NCBI RefSeq assembly: GCF_009914755.1
Contig: NC_060931.1
From: the human T2T-CHM13v2.0 reference genome, Homo sapiens
Direction: 5' to 3' (one strand)
Length of the DNA: 64,000 nt
Positions 15,985 to 28,380 of this stretch are shown piece by piece. Both the position numbers and the translations under genes were made by a program. The notes beneath the pieces are model-generated. The model ran no database searches and was not told where the DNA came from. It saw only the letters and a program-made list of their open reading frames with translations. The stretch's first letter is position 1. Each line of letters opens with the position of its first letter.

Positions 15985-16420
15985 CCCTCCTTTCTTGATC
16001 ATCTTTGGGGGACCACATGCGCACTCTCAGTCAATAAATTATGACTGATCCAAAGTCAATCATGACAATGCTATTCTCTAGTGCTAGGGATGGCCATGAG
16101 ATCAGGTTCTGGCCAATCTAAACACAGATTTCCACACCTAAAGAGAAATCCTCTGGGGGTCACCTCTGACGTTCTTGCTTTTCTAATAAGAATACGGAAG
16201 TGACTGCTTTTGCTGGCCTTGTAAACTCATGTAGTGGTTGGAGCTTCGGTAGCCGTCTTACAGCCATAAGCTAAATTCCAATAGACTCACAAAGATGCTG
16301 GGCCTAACATTGTTGAACCAGTGAACCATAGCCAGGAACCATAGATACTCTAACTATGTAAGAAAAATGAACCTGTCTTTGTTTAAGTGACTGAACTTTC
16401 AGATTAATGCACTCCCAACA
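15985..16420 (+). mobile_element. MLT1-type MaLR LTR
   Basis: GGGATGGCCATGAGATCAGGTTCTGGCCAAT, TGGTTGGAGCTTCGGTAGCCGTCTT, TTGTTTAAG. Confidence 0.7.
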
Positions 16421-18389
16421 GATACAGAGCATGATCCCATATATACCTGTATGTGCAAATATGAATAGAAAAATAAAGTGATTATCTCTGCGTGGTAGGA
16501 TTCTCCTTCATTTTTTTTATTTTATAAAGTTTTCCCAAAGGGCATGTAAATAATAATCAGACAAATATTTCTGTACATTCAGAAAATAAACAATGGTACT
16601 AATTTTATTTTTAAAAAATAAACAAAATATTGGGGCCCCAGAAGATAGTTCACTACCATATGATAAGTTGTTTAGCCACGACCGAGATGAACACTTGTGG
16701 GTATCCTGGAGGACAGGTTCGGCAGCAGTGAGAGGTCCCCTCCAGAACAGTATGTGGTTCCAAACTCCTGAGGGAGCGGGGGCAGACCGCAAGGAAGTAG
16801 ATGAGAACCTGAATGAGGCTCTGTGGGGAGAGAGGATGTTCCTCAGCCCTCACAAGGACATGTCAGTTTCACTTGAGATTAGGTCCTGGCCTTGGCTGGG
16901 CAGCCTGCCAGGCAGGTTCTCAGCAGCATGGGGTGATAACAGGAGTACGGGAAGCCTGGCAAGCTGGGGCAGCTCTGGGGTCTTCAGGTGGGGCCGTCTT
17001 GGGCAGCAACTGTGTTGGCTGTAAACACAGATTTCCAGGAAGCAGAGCGTTGCAATCTCTCCCACCACAAACCTGGACCATCTTAGTTTCCATAGCAGCA
17101 TCCATGTCAGTGAGGAATCTGGACATGATCTGTGATCCCCTCTCCCACTTTTCCTTTTCTCTTAGAATGGGACAGAGCAGCCTGGAGTAGCTAGTGTCCT
17201 GTAGTGACTCCAGTTTGCTGCTCTCTTCCTTATCTTCTTCCTCCTGCTCTCTGTCTCCTCTGCATCCTTCACGTTCTACATGAGGAAGCTCAAGTCACCG
17301 GGCTGAGCCTGGGCTTCTCATCTAAATCACGGAGTGCCAGTCAATGCCTCCCTTCCTCTTCCCAGGGAGCAAGTTTAATCTTCCCTGCCTGCAGTGGAGA
17401 GCTAGACCCTGTTCCTTATTCCCTGTGGGACCATCCGCAGCCTGTTTCCTCACCCCTGTAATGGGACTGCAGTCCTCCCTGCCCACCTGGCAGTGCTAAT
17501 TCCAGGCCGGGAGCCCTCCTGGGAAAATCACCAGCGTGGGTGATACGGTGGGTGTTTGTGTGTGTGGAAGGGTGGGGCTGCCACCTGGCCACTTACAGAC
17601 CCCATCCTTCCTCTCTCCCTGTGCTTGTCGCATGTCAGGAATCCCTCTCCTTTGTGCCATGAAACATAAGGCATTTTCAGATCCATCATCTCATTGAGCC
17701 TGGCATCTCCTTGGTGAAGTTGGAGTTATTGTCACCATTTTACTGATGAGTAAAATGAGGCTCAGAAAGGGGAAAGTCGTTGCCAGGGTTCCGCTGTGGA
17801 CTTATAGTGGAGCTGGGATTAGGATGCGTGTTCTGGATTCCTGGCGGGGTCCTGGCCCATCTGCAGCTAAGGCCTGTCTTTCTGCTCCCATGAGGTCCCT
17901 TTTCCATTCCTTTCCTCCCCATGACAGCCACTGTCACCACCACCCAGGGTCTGTGCTCACTGTCACACCACCCCTCGCTGACCCCTGTGTCTGGGCTGGA
18001 ACCCACCATGTCCATCAGACAGATTTTCCTCAGTGGTGGTTGGGCTCCAAATCCACTCTCCCCAGACTGACACAAATTGCACTACAGGGGTCCGCAACTG
18101 TAGGCATTTCTGGTCTAGAGAGAGAGAGATGGCCCCATAGAAATGTCAACATCGCTTGGTGAAGAGGAGAGTGGAAACACAGGAGAAAGTTCAGGGAGTG
18201 ACGTCAGGAGTAGGTGGTCCTTGAGTTGGGTCTTGCGGGATGTGTAAGAGTTACCAGGCAAGGAAAGCTGGGAAGGGCATTCCAGGAGGAAAGAGCAGCA
18301 TTCTCCAAGGCTCAGACTGGTCTGGTGGCTACAAGGTAGAGGTGGGTGACCTGGACCCCTTGAGACAGTGCTCCCTTTTCAGGAGAAAA

Positions 18390-18570
18390 TCTGCAGCTCC
18401 CATACTTTGGGCTGTCTCAGAGTCCCCCAGAGATCTTGGGAAATTCCTGGGTCCAGTTCCCAGGGATTCTGGTCCAGGCAGAGGAATCTGCACTTCTCAC
18501 AGGCAGGGGCTGTGACCTCACCCCACTGTTCTGATGGAGTTGGTCCCTGGATAACTCTGGAAAAATACAA
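18390..18570. mobile_element. MER5-like hAT fragment
   Basis: ATTCCTGGGTCCAG...GGAATCTGCACTTCTCACAGG...TTCTGATG. Confidence 0.55.
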
Positions 18571-18744
18571 GCAAGACTGAGAGGCTTTGACCCAAGCACT
18601 GTGCAGGGGGTGGGATGGGGATAGATGTGGAATGGGCCAGAGGAATAGTGGTTGGAGCTATACCCTCCTGGACCACCCTGTCTAAAATGTGGCTCTCCCA
18701 TCCCTCTTTCCCACTGATACATTCCATCCTCCTTCACTTTTCCT

Positions 18745-18888
18745 TTATTTTATTTTATTTTATTTTATTTTTTGTAGATACAGGGTCTCACTATGTTACC
18801 CAGACTGGTCTCAAATTCCTGACCTTAGCCATCCTCACATCTCGGCCTCCCAAAGCACTAGGATTACAGGCATGAAGCACCGTGCTGT
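18745..18888 (-). mobile_element. FLAM/AluJ monomer
   Basis: (TTTTA)n tail plus CAGGGTCTCACTATGTTACCCAG. Confidence 0.85.
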
Positions 18889-19497
18889 CATCACCAACTC
18901 ACATGCTGAACATTTGACTAGTTTATTTATTATCTGTTTCACTCTACTAGCATGAGGGCTACATGAGGAAAGGGACTTTGTTTATGTCATTCACTGCTGT
19001 AGCCAAGTGTCTACAATGTGTAAGGTCATGGAAGCTGTCTCTGTTTTGGTTTGTAATTTTAATTTTGGGAAGCAGAAGATATCTGAGTGGACTCAGTGGC
19101 TGACAGGAAAAGGGAGAACAGTCTTGGTGTGCACAAGAGTGACAAGGAGACCTAGACAGAGAGATGTCAGAGGACAGTTCCTGGAAGAGGCTGACGGAAA
19201 GGTGGGGCAACTGGGAAGGGTCTCTCTGGAAATCAATTCCTTTGAAGCTGGCAGGGAGGGAGGAAGTGCATGGGTGGAGAGGAATGCCTGAAGAAGACCT
19301 CCTTGGCTTCCATATTCTTCAGGAAGTGACAGGTGAGGGGCTTCCTGGGAAGAGAGGGCAGGAGGGGAGCAAATGTAGGCTGCTGATGGTGGGCCTGCAG
19401 CAGTGCCCCAGGGTGAAGGGGTGAGTGCATTACTGAGGCTGGACCCTGGTCATGACCCTTGCCTTGGCCTCGAGACTCATTAAAAACCAGCCTCCTC

Positions 19498-19575
19498 CAG
19501 TGAGCTTAGATCATGCCACTGCACTCCAGCCTGGAGACAGAGTGAGACTCCGTCTCAAAAACAAAAACAAAAAAA
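19498..19575 (+). mobile_element. 5'-truncated Alu (last ~60 nt plus tail) with TSD
   Basis: CAGTGAGC...GAGACTCCGTCTCAAAAA; AAAAA(C/A)CAGCCTCC on both sides. Confidence 0.88.
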
Positions 19576-20277
19576 CAGCCTCCAGTCCCAATGTGCCCAG
19601 CTGGACCATGCGCTGCTTCCTGGATGTGCCACCATCACAGCCGGAACACAAATCCTGAGTCATTGCCTCTACAAAGCCTGCCTGGACTCAGTGCCCATCG
19701 CACTGGGCTCCTGCAGCACCTGGTCTGCCACTACTATGTGACTTGCCTCTGCCTGCCTCTTATCACAGGTGCCTGTGTTTTTACCTGCCTCAGTGAGGGC
19801 TGTTGAGGACAAGGCCAGTCTGATCCATCTTAGGGGCTACAGCAGGTGGCAGCAATGGCTGGGCTGTGTGAGGGCTGGGCAATAGGCAGGCCAGGTTCTC
19901 ACGCTGAGCACTGGGTGCCCTTTGTGGACTCAACTGGGCATGACCACTGCTTCTGAGTGGCCAGAAGATTCCTGGGAGAGGCCTGGTTATCTTGGGCTGA
20001 CCCTCTCTCCCCAGTTCCTTCCTCCCTCCCTCCCTTGCTGAAACCCTTTTGCATGTCCTCAAAATCCTGCTCCAGCACCAGCAGCCCCCTGGTTTCCAGC
20101 AGCCTCAGGGAACTCTTCCTTTTCTTCCTTGCTGTGAGTAAGAGGCCCGATCCCCTGAGGTCACTGCTGCCTTGCTGTCCTCTGCTGCAGCCCTTCCCTG
20201 GGCCTGAGCAGCATAGGTCCTCCTTGCTTCTCATTGCCTCCCTCTTTCAGCTCATCATCTTTCTCTCCCATAAAAAT

Positions 20278-20905
20278 ACATTCATGTGCCACGAAATGAT
20301 GTTTCTGTTAACCCAGACCGCATGTGCAGTGGTGGACCCATGAAATTATAATGGAGCCGAAAGACACCTACTGCCTAGCCCAGTGACATAACAATTGTAA
20401 CGTTATGGCACAGTTACTTTAAAAATATATTTATTAAAAAAGATTTATAATTCTATAGAAAAAGAAATATATATCTCATAGTGTAGCCTAAGTGTCCAGT
20501 GTTTATAAAATCTACAGTAGTGCAGTCATGCCCTAGGACTTCACCTTCACTCACCACTCACTGACTCACCCAGAGAAGCTTCCAGCCCTACACGTTCCAT
20601 TCATGGTAAGTGTCCTAGACCAGTGCACCATGTCTAGGTACCATACTATATTTTTATATAGTGCAATACTATGCTTTTACTGCACTTTTCATGATATGTT
20701 TAAATGCACAAGTACTGACCATTGTGCTACAACTGCCAACAGTATTCACTGCAATAACCTGTGCCCAGGTGTGCAGCCTGAGAGCAGTAGGCTGTGCCAT
20801 AGAGCCTAGGTGTACGGTAGGTACAATATTGAGGTGTGTGTAAGCACACTTTGTGACGTTTGCACAAGAAAAATTACAATTACCCAAGGACACGGTGACA
20901 CATGA
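20278..20905 (+). mobile_element. Tigger3 (Golem/MER7) non-autonomous DNA transposon
   Basis: Start resembles the Tigger3 TIR region (GGTGGACCCATGAAATTATAATGGAGC); CACTCACCACTCACTGACTCACCCAGAG; GTGTAAGCACACT. Confidence 0.85.
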
Positions 20906-20989
20906 AGGGAATCAATATTGAAGCTCTTGCCCTCAGATTGCACCCAGGGCCACATCCCTATGCATTGAAGCCTTGGCTCCCAGTTCATG

Positions 20990-22330
20990 GGCACTTTCTC
21001 CTGCTGAGGTGATGCCAACATGCACATAGAGAGTCCTCCTCATGCTCTGGCTCTTGGTCCCTCCGCCCCTGGAGACGTTGTCTCCACCCTCCCTGAGTCA
21101 CCCACTCCTACCTGTATATTTTTGTCCTTGTCACTGCAGAAAATGTAGCCACTCCAGACGCTCAATTTCAAACACCCTTTTTTTGACCACCACTTTCTTT
21201 TTTCCAGCTGCCTCCCAAATCCAACACACTTCAATTACTCCAAATTTTCACTTATGTGTCTCACTCACTTTCTTGCAAATTTCCCCTCCTCCCAGCTGAC
21301 ACTATATGGTCCAGCCTGTCATCCACCCTCTCTAACACTCTCCACTCTCTTGCCCACAATTGATTGTACTCCCAGGGCAAAACTGCACTCTGCTGAAATC
21401 CAGCCACCCACTCCCTCTGCTCCTGCACTCAGGTGGCTGAGCAAAGCCAGAGAGAAACACACGTGCCTTCTGCTCTCATTTAATCATCAAGCCCAAACCT
21501 CCAGTGGGCCCTGGATGATGTCCTGCAAACTCACTCATTTCCTGAGTCCATAAGTCTGCCAGACTTCTTTATTTGTTATTTTAATAAAAATATATATAAT
21601 CTAAGCATGTTATGAATACCAACTGATTTAATTATCATAAAACTCTATGAATCTGTTCTATAATAATCACCATTTCACAGCTGAGGAGATGCTGGCACAG
21701 GAAGAGATGAAGCGACTTGCCCTGGAGCCCAGGCACCCAGCCCTGGAAGTGCTGCCTTGTCCCCAGGCAACAGTATCGTGCCTTCTCCTTCCTCCTTAAA
21801 CCTCTAAAACCTTCCCCAGTCTTCCTTACACCTGCTGCCTTGCTTCCTATTCAATTTGAAAATAGATAAAGAGAGACCCTTCCCTGGATCCCACCCCCAC
21901 ATCTCCCCAGCTGCTTGTCTCTGTGCTTCCTTCTCCACCTTCGCTTGTTATTGTAGCTGGAGTGTCTGCACTCATGTTAGGGGTGACTTTTCTCCATCAT
22001 ATCCACAGCTCAACCCTCAGGTTCTTTCCTAAGTGTCTGCTTTGCACACTGCCCCGTTCCACAATGCAGCTCTCCCACCCATCTCACACCCCACATGCTT
22101 ACTTATTCATCATCTGTTCTGCTGTACTACAGTGAGGGCTACACAGGGGCAGGGATTCTGGGTATCTTATTCACTGCAGATTCCAGCATCTAGAGCAGTA
22201 CCTGGCACCTAGAAGGTGTTGGTATTTAATGAAGTCAGTCATTTTGTATGTCAGTCTCTGGCCTGGTGCTGGGGACACTAGGGTGATTCAGACAGGTCCC
22301 TGCTTATACCAAGTTTACAGTCCCATAGGG
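20990..22330 (+). mobile_element. L2 fragments with an intervening MIR (~21590-21760)
   Basis: Pyrimidine-rich L2-like sequence and the L2 3' end motif TTATTCACTGCAGATTCCAGCATCTAGAGCAGTACCTGGCAC. Confidence 0.6.
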
Positions 22331-23427
22331 GAGACAAACACATTACCTGACAAATTTGCAGGCAGCCATTTATATTTTTCATCTTACAAAGCAGCCCTTA
22401 TTGTACTTGAGAGGAAATGCACTCAAGCCGTGAGGCGTAGCCCCACCTCCCCTACTTCAGGACAGAAAGCCCCAGGCTCCAGCCCTTACATTCCTGGGCC
22501 TCCAGGGCTCCCTGGACTTTAGGAAACAGCTAGTAAGGGAGTCCAATTCCACTTTGACTCAGAGCTGTGGGATGTCAACAAGGTGCTTCCCCTCTCCGGT
22601 CCTCAATGTCTTTGTCTATTACAAGAGAGGATGGTGCCAGCTCAGCAAGCTCCACGGGGCTGGGGCAAATGGGACAGGGAGGGTGAAAATGCTTTGTGGA
22701 CAGAGAGGAGGAATTCTGAGTGGCTATCAGAAAGGCACCATGTTTATTTGACAATTTCAAACATGACAGAACTGCAGAACACAGACATCAAGACTCCCCT
22801 GTAATTCCATTTGGAGTCTAAAGCTTAGATTTTGTTTGGTTTAAGCAGTGGCAAACATTATGTATAGATATAGATGTGGGATCATAAAATGTGTTTAAAA
22901 GTTATTGATGTGGGACAACTTTGCATATCAATATACAAGCATTTATTTTATTTGTTTTAATAGCTGCGAAATATCCCATTGTATGAAGAGACTAAAATCT
23001 GTCCTTCTATTGTGGATATTTGGAATGATGAACCATTGGAACAAAACAGAGAGGGCAATCAAAGCATTTGACAGCCTGGCAGGTCAAAGTGAGAGGTTTA
23101 TTACAGAAGACAGTAATGCTAAAAGGGGAGGAGAGCTAAGTGAATCCACCTGCTGCAATGAGAGCCCAGAATCCCACCACCCTAAGAGGCAGGAGACAAC
23201 GTGGCCAAAAGGGCAGAGGCCCCCAGGGCTCCCAGCAGTGCCAGATGCAAACTTGTCATCCCACCCTGTGTGTGGGCTTCCTATGCCCTGGACAGTCTTT
23301 CCTGAGGCAGAGGCTGTTTTAAGAGCTTAGAGCACCCATTCTACAGCAGAATTTCTTATGAATGAGGTCCCTGTTCTGTGCTCCTCACCTATCCTGGGCG
23401 CTTTTCCCAACTTGACTTTGGGTAGTG

Positions 23428-26400
23428 GGTGGATACAGGCCCCAGGTAAACACGAGGCCCCAGGTGGACATCAGGGCTCAAGTGGACACACAGGCTCCAG
23501 GTGTATATCAGGCCCCAGGTATATACCATTTTCCTGGTACATATCAGTAACCAAGGGGACACTGGACTCCAGGTGTACATCAGGCTCACAGGTGGACACC
23601 CAGGCCCCATATGGACACCAGCCTACAGGTGAGCATCAGGCTGCAGGAGGATACCCAGGCCTTAGGTAGATATCAGGCCTTATAAGGACACCAGGCCTCA
23701 GGTGGACATCAGGGCCCAGCTGGGGACTCAGGTTCTAGGAAGACACCCAGGCTGCAAGTAGCATCAGGGCCAAGGCGGATGCTAGACTCCAGGTGGACAT
23801 CAGGCCCTAGTTGGACACTAGGCCCTAGGTGGACACCTGGGACCCTGGTGACCATCAGGCCCCAGATTAACTCCAGGCCTTAGGTGAACATCTGATCCCA
23901 GTCGGATATCAGGCCCCAGGAGAACATCAGTCCCCCGGTGGATATCAGCTTCCAAGTTGACATCAGGCCACAAGTGGACACTGGACTTGAGGTGTACATC
24001 AGGCCTCAGATGGACATTTGGAGTCTAAAGGCCCCAGGTGTACAGCAGGCTCAGGTGCAAATCAAGGCACAGGTAACACCATGCCCTAGGTGGTTACCTA
24101 GGCTTCAGGTAGACATCAGACCCCAGGTGGACACCTGGACCTCAGGTGGTCATCAGGCCCTAGGTGGAAACTCAGGTCCCAGGTGCCCATCACGTTCCAA
24201 GTGGACACCCAGGCCCCATGGTGATACCCAGGTTCCAGGTGGGCACTGGGCCCCAGATGAACACCAGGCTCCATGTGGATACCAGAACCTGGGTGGACAC
24301 CCAGCTCTGAGGTGGATATCGGGCTCCAGGTGGACATCAAGCCTCAGGTAGGTATCTAGTCCCCAGGTGGACATAAGACCCCAGTTCAACACCGGACCCT
24401 GGGTGGATACCTAGGTCTCGGGTGGATGCATCTGCAGCTGAACATCAGGCTCCAGGTGGACACCCAGGCTGTAGGTGAACACTAGGTCTTAGGTAGACAT
24501 TAGGTCCCAAGTGGACAACCAGGTCCCAGGTGGACACCCAACCTTAACATGGACATCAGGCCCTAGGTAGACAGCAGGTTCAAGGTGAATATGAGACTCC
24601 CGATAAACACCGGTCCCCAGGGAGACCCTTGTCCCCAGGTGAACACCAGCACCCAGGAAGACATCCATCTCCACCTGCACATCATTCCCCAGGTGTATAC
24701 CTAGGCCCTGTCGGAGCACCAGGCCTCAAGTGAGTACATAGATCCCTGGTGGCCATTAGGCACCAGGTTGACACCCAGGGCTTAAGTGGACATGAGGCCC
24801 AAGATGAATGCTAGTCCCCACGTCAATAAATAGGCCCCAGGCATACATCAGGTCTGAGGTCTATACTCAGTCTTCAGGTGGACAGTAGGCCCCAGGCAGA
24901 CACCAGACCCCAGGTAGATACCGGCCCTATGCAGACACCAGTCTGCAGGTGGACAGCAGGCCCCAAGAAGACATTATGCCCTGGGTGACACCTAGGCTTC
25001 AGGGGAACACTAGGCCACAAGTGGTTACCTATGCCCCAGGTGGACATCAAGCCTTAGTGGAATTCCTAGTCACCAACTGAACATCAGGCCACAGGTGGCT
25101 GCCCAGGCCCTAGGTGAATACCAGGTCTCGCAGGGACATTAGGCCCCAGGTGAACAGCAAGCCCCAAGTGAATACCTAGGTTCCTGGTGAACATCAGGAC
25201 CCAGGTGGCACTCAGGCCCTACACTCAGGCCAAAAGTGGAAATCAGAACATATGTGGACACTCAGGGCCCAGGTGGCTATCAGGCCCCAGGTTTATATCA
25301 CTTTCCTGGTAGACATCAGTACCCAGGTAGATACTGGACTTCAGGTATACATCAGGTTCCTAGGTGGACACCCAGGCCCCAGGTGGACACCAGCCTACAA
25401 GTGGACATCAGACCACAGGAGGACACCCAGGCCCCAGATAGATATCAGACTCCAGAGGAACACCCAGGCCTCAGGTGGACATCAGGTCCCAGGTTAATTG
25501 CAGGCCCCAGATGGAACTCAGGCCCCACCTGGACAAAAGTCCCTAGGTAGATACGTAGGCCCTGTAGGCCCTGGGGAACATCAGGCCTTAGGTGAAGTTC
25601 TAGGCTACAGGTGGACATCTTGCTCCAGTTGGACATCTGGTCCCAAGTGGACATCAGTCTCCAGGTGGACACAATGTCCCAAGTTGGACATCAGGCACCA
25701 GGAGGACTTTAGTCCTCTGGTGAACACCAGCTCCCAGGTTGACATCAGGCTACAAGTTGACATCTAGGGCCCAGATGGACATGTGGCCCCATATGAACAC
25801 TAGTCCCCAGTCAGCTAGGGACTGGGTCCACCTGGAGCCTGATGCTTAGCTAGAGACTGGATATCCACCTGAGGCCTAGGTATCTACCCAGGGACTGGTG
25901 TCAAAGTGGGGCCTGATATCCACCTGGGGACTAGGTATCCACCTGGGGCTTGATGTCCACCTCAAGCCAGATGACCTTCTGGAGTCTGATGTCCACCACA
26001 GGCCTGCGTGTCCATCTTGGGCCTGGTGTTGATTTGGATTCCAATGTCTACCTGGAACGTGGGGCCATGCTGTCCATTTGGAGCCTGGACTTTTCACCTG
26101 GGGCCTCGTAGACATCTGGCCCCAGTAAACATCAGCTTGGGGCCTGGTTGTCCACTTAGAGCCTGGAGTTTTCACCTAGGGCCTGAAGATCACCTGGGAC
26201 CCAGGTGTCCACCTGGGACATCATGCTCCAGGTGTACACCCAGGCTCCGGGGTACAACGGGCCCCAAGAGAACTCCAGACCATATTAAACATCAAGTCTC
26301 AGGTGGATGCCCAGGCCCCATGGGTACACCAGGCCCCAAGTAGACAGTGGACGCCAGCTGAACATCCGCCCCAAGGTTGACACCCATACTACAGGTGGAT

Positions 26401-26620
26401 ATCAGGCCCCAGGTGAATACCTATGCTTCAGGTGTGCATCAGTCCCCAGGTGAACACAAGGCCACAGATAGACATCAGGCCTCAGGTGCACATCTGGCTC
26501 CAAGTAAACATCAGGTCTTAGGTGGATACCCAATCCCCAGGTTGACATCAGAGACCAGGTTGAAACAAAAACATCCCAGTGGGTATCATGTCCCAGTGGA
26601 CGTCCAGGCACCAGGTAACT
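23428..26620. repeat. Diverged 18-19-bp GC-rich minisatellite, consensus about CAGGCCCCAGGTGGACAY(C), ~3.2 kb, with internal inverted segment
   Basis: Roughly 170 tandem degenerate units; reverse-complement units GTCCACCTGGGGCCTG at ~25815-26217. Confidence 0.93.
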
Positions 26621-27434
26621 GTAACCACTGTAACGAGAAATGGTAGGTCTGAGTACCATCATGCTCCTTGCTCACAAAAGGATGCTTAGCTATTTTATTC
26701 AAAATACAACTCCATCCATCACTCTGAACAGCGATGTGTAGAAAGGAAAAGAAAAACCAGGCCCCAAGGAATCCATCAAAAATGAGGTAGATATTATAAG
26801 GGACAGAAATCCCCAAAGGAAATGTTATAGTTGACATAGAATAGTCTTTAAAACCCATTAATTTTCTCGCACATTTGATACAAAGCATTATTTCCAGAGA
26901 CTGAACCTAGAAAGAATTGCTTAAGACTAGGAGTCTTGTCCCAGCCTGGATCCCACACTGTTGAACATCTATACTTAGTACACCACATTATACATAGCAC
27001 TGACATGACCTGTGTGCATTTAATTTTCTAATCCTTGTTCATCTGTGGCGTATTTTACATATATATATATATATATATATAACATATATAACATACATAC
27101 ATACAAGTACACATGCACAAAAAGTATATAAGGGTAGGATAGTATAATTGTGCCGTAACTTTTCTTGTGAAAGTGGTGGAAAATGGATTGCGTTGGCGAC
27201 ATGCTGGAATGTGCTTCCATTGGCAGAAGTAAGGCTTTCAAAACTAGTCGTTTCATTTTTCTCTAGCAACTGGGAATATTAATAATTGAAGATGTGTTGG
27301 TATAAAAATAATCATAATAATCACAATGAAGTGGTGTTAATAATTCTATCACAAGATATAATAGACATTATAGATATTATAAGATGTCAAAAAAAAGAAG
27401 ATGCCATAATATCTTTGAGATGATTGACACGTTA

Positions 27435-28380
27435 AATGCGGCCTCCTGTGCCGCCCTGGGGCGCCACTCTCACTGGGTTCTTGGCGGTGCTCACCCTACT
27501 CCACCTGCTCAGCCCAGGCTCCTGCGCCCCTGAAGTCACGCCATGGGAGCGAGGAGCTTGCCGAGGCCCTAGACAAGGACAATGAGGAGGGGGTGCACGT
27601 GGAGTCCCCGCGGATAGGCTGGACGCTGGGCAGGAGCCTTTGCGGGGGTGCACAGCCTCCTCTGGAAGCCCTGGTCGCTGCCCGGTGCCTGCTGCGCCCT
27701 GCGAGCTCCGCGGCGGTGGAGCCAGGCCTGGGCTGCCTGCTCTCGGCCCTGCCTGCGGACCCTCTGCCTTTTGTCTTGCCCGTGGGGCCCGGGGCCTCAG
27801 CTGGCCCGGGATTCCTGAAGTTAGCTGATGATGGGCTGGCCTCTGGGACTGGGTCGTGGGCCTTGTGCACTGGCCGCCACGTCACCAGCGCCTACCCGGG
27901 GTGCTGCTGGAGATGCGGGATGCCCGGGCTCGGGCTCTGCTGGGTCCCCTGGCGTTGCGAACCCCGTCACCTTCCATCGCGGCCACCATGCTGCCCGCTG
28001 GTCAGCCCTGGTCTGGAGCCTTCCTGGGACCCCTCCGGCCCCAAGGAGGCATCACTCACAGCCGCTTGCGACACCGGGACCGCCTGAACCTCCGCCAGGG
28101 CTGCGCCGCGCAAGTGGCTCCAGCCAGCCAGCCCTGGCCCATGAGCAGGACTTTCCGCTCCTCGAGATGATCACCCTCGGCAGGGATACACGGCTATGGA
28201 GGAGGCAGCGGATACCTTCCAAAGTTTGTGGACACTCTTCTGCCACACCAAAAGTTTCACCATCAGCTGCGATGCCGACTGGGGCGTAGAGACCACTCCG
28301 GGATGTGGACCAGGCAGTGCCTTTGCTGGGCATCCGCCGTGCTGACCACCCCAAGTGCAGACCCGCACTTCGTGTAACTC
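27435..28380. promoter_or_regulatory. CpG-rich island (possible promoter or first exon of a duplicated lncRNA or pseudogene)
   Basis: Abrupt switch from AT-rich to very GC-rich sequence with many retained CpGs; GCCACCATG at 27982-27990. Confidence 0.65.

Noticed and set aside
23428-26620. CRISPR-like array or repetitive QVDIRP protein
   Set aside because: Eukaryotic context, tandem units without unique spacers, and ORFs that are short with frequent stops and frameshifts.
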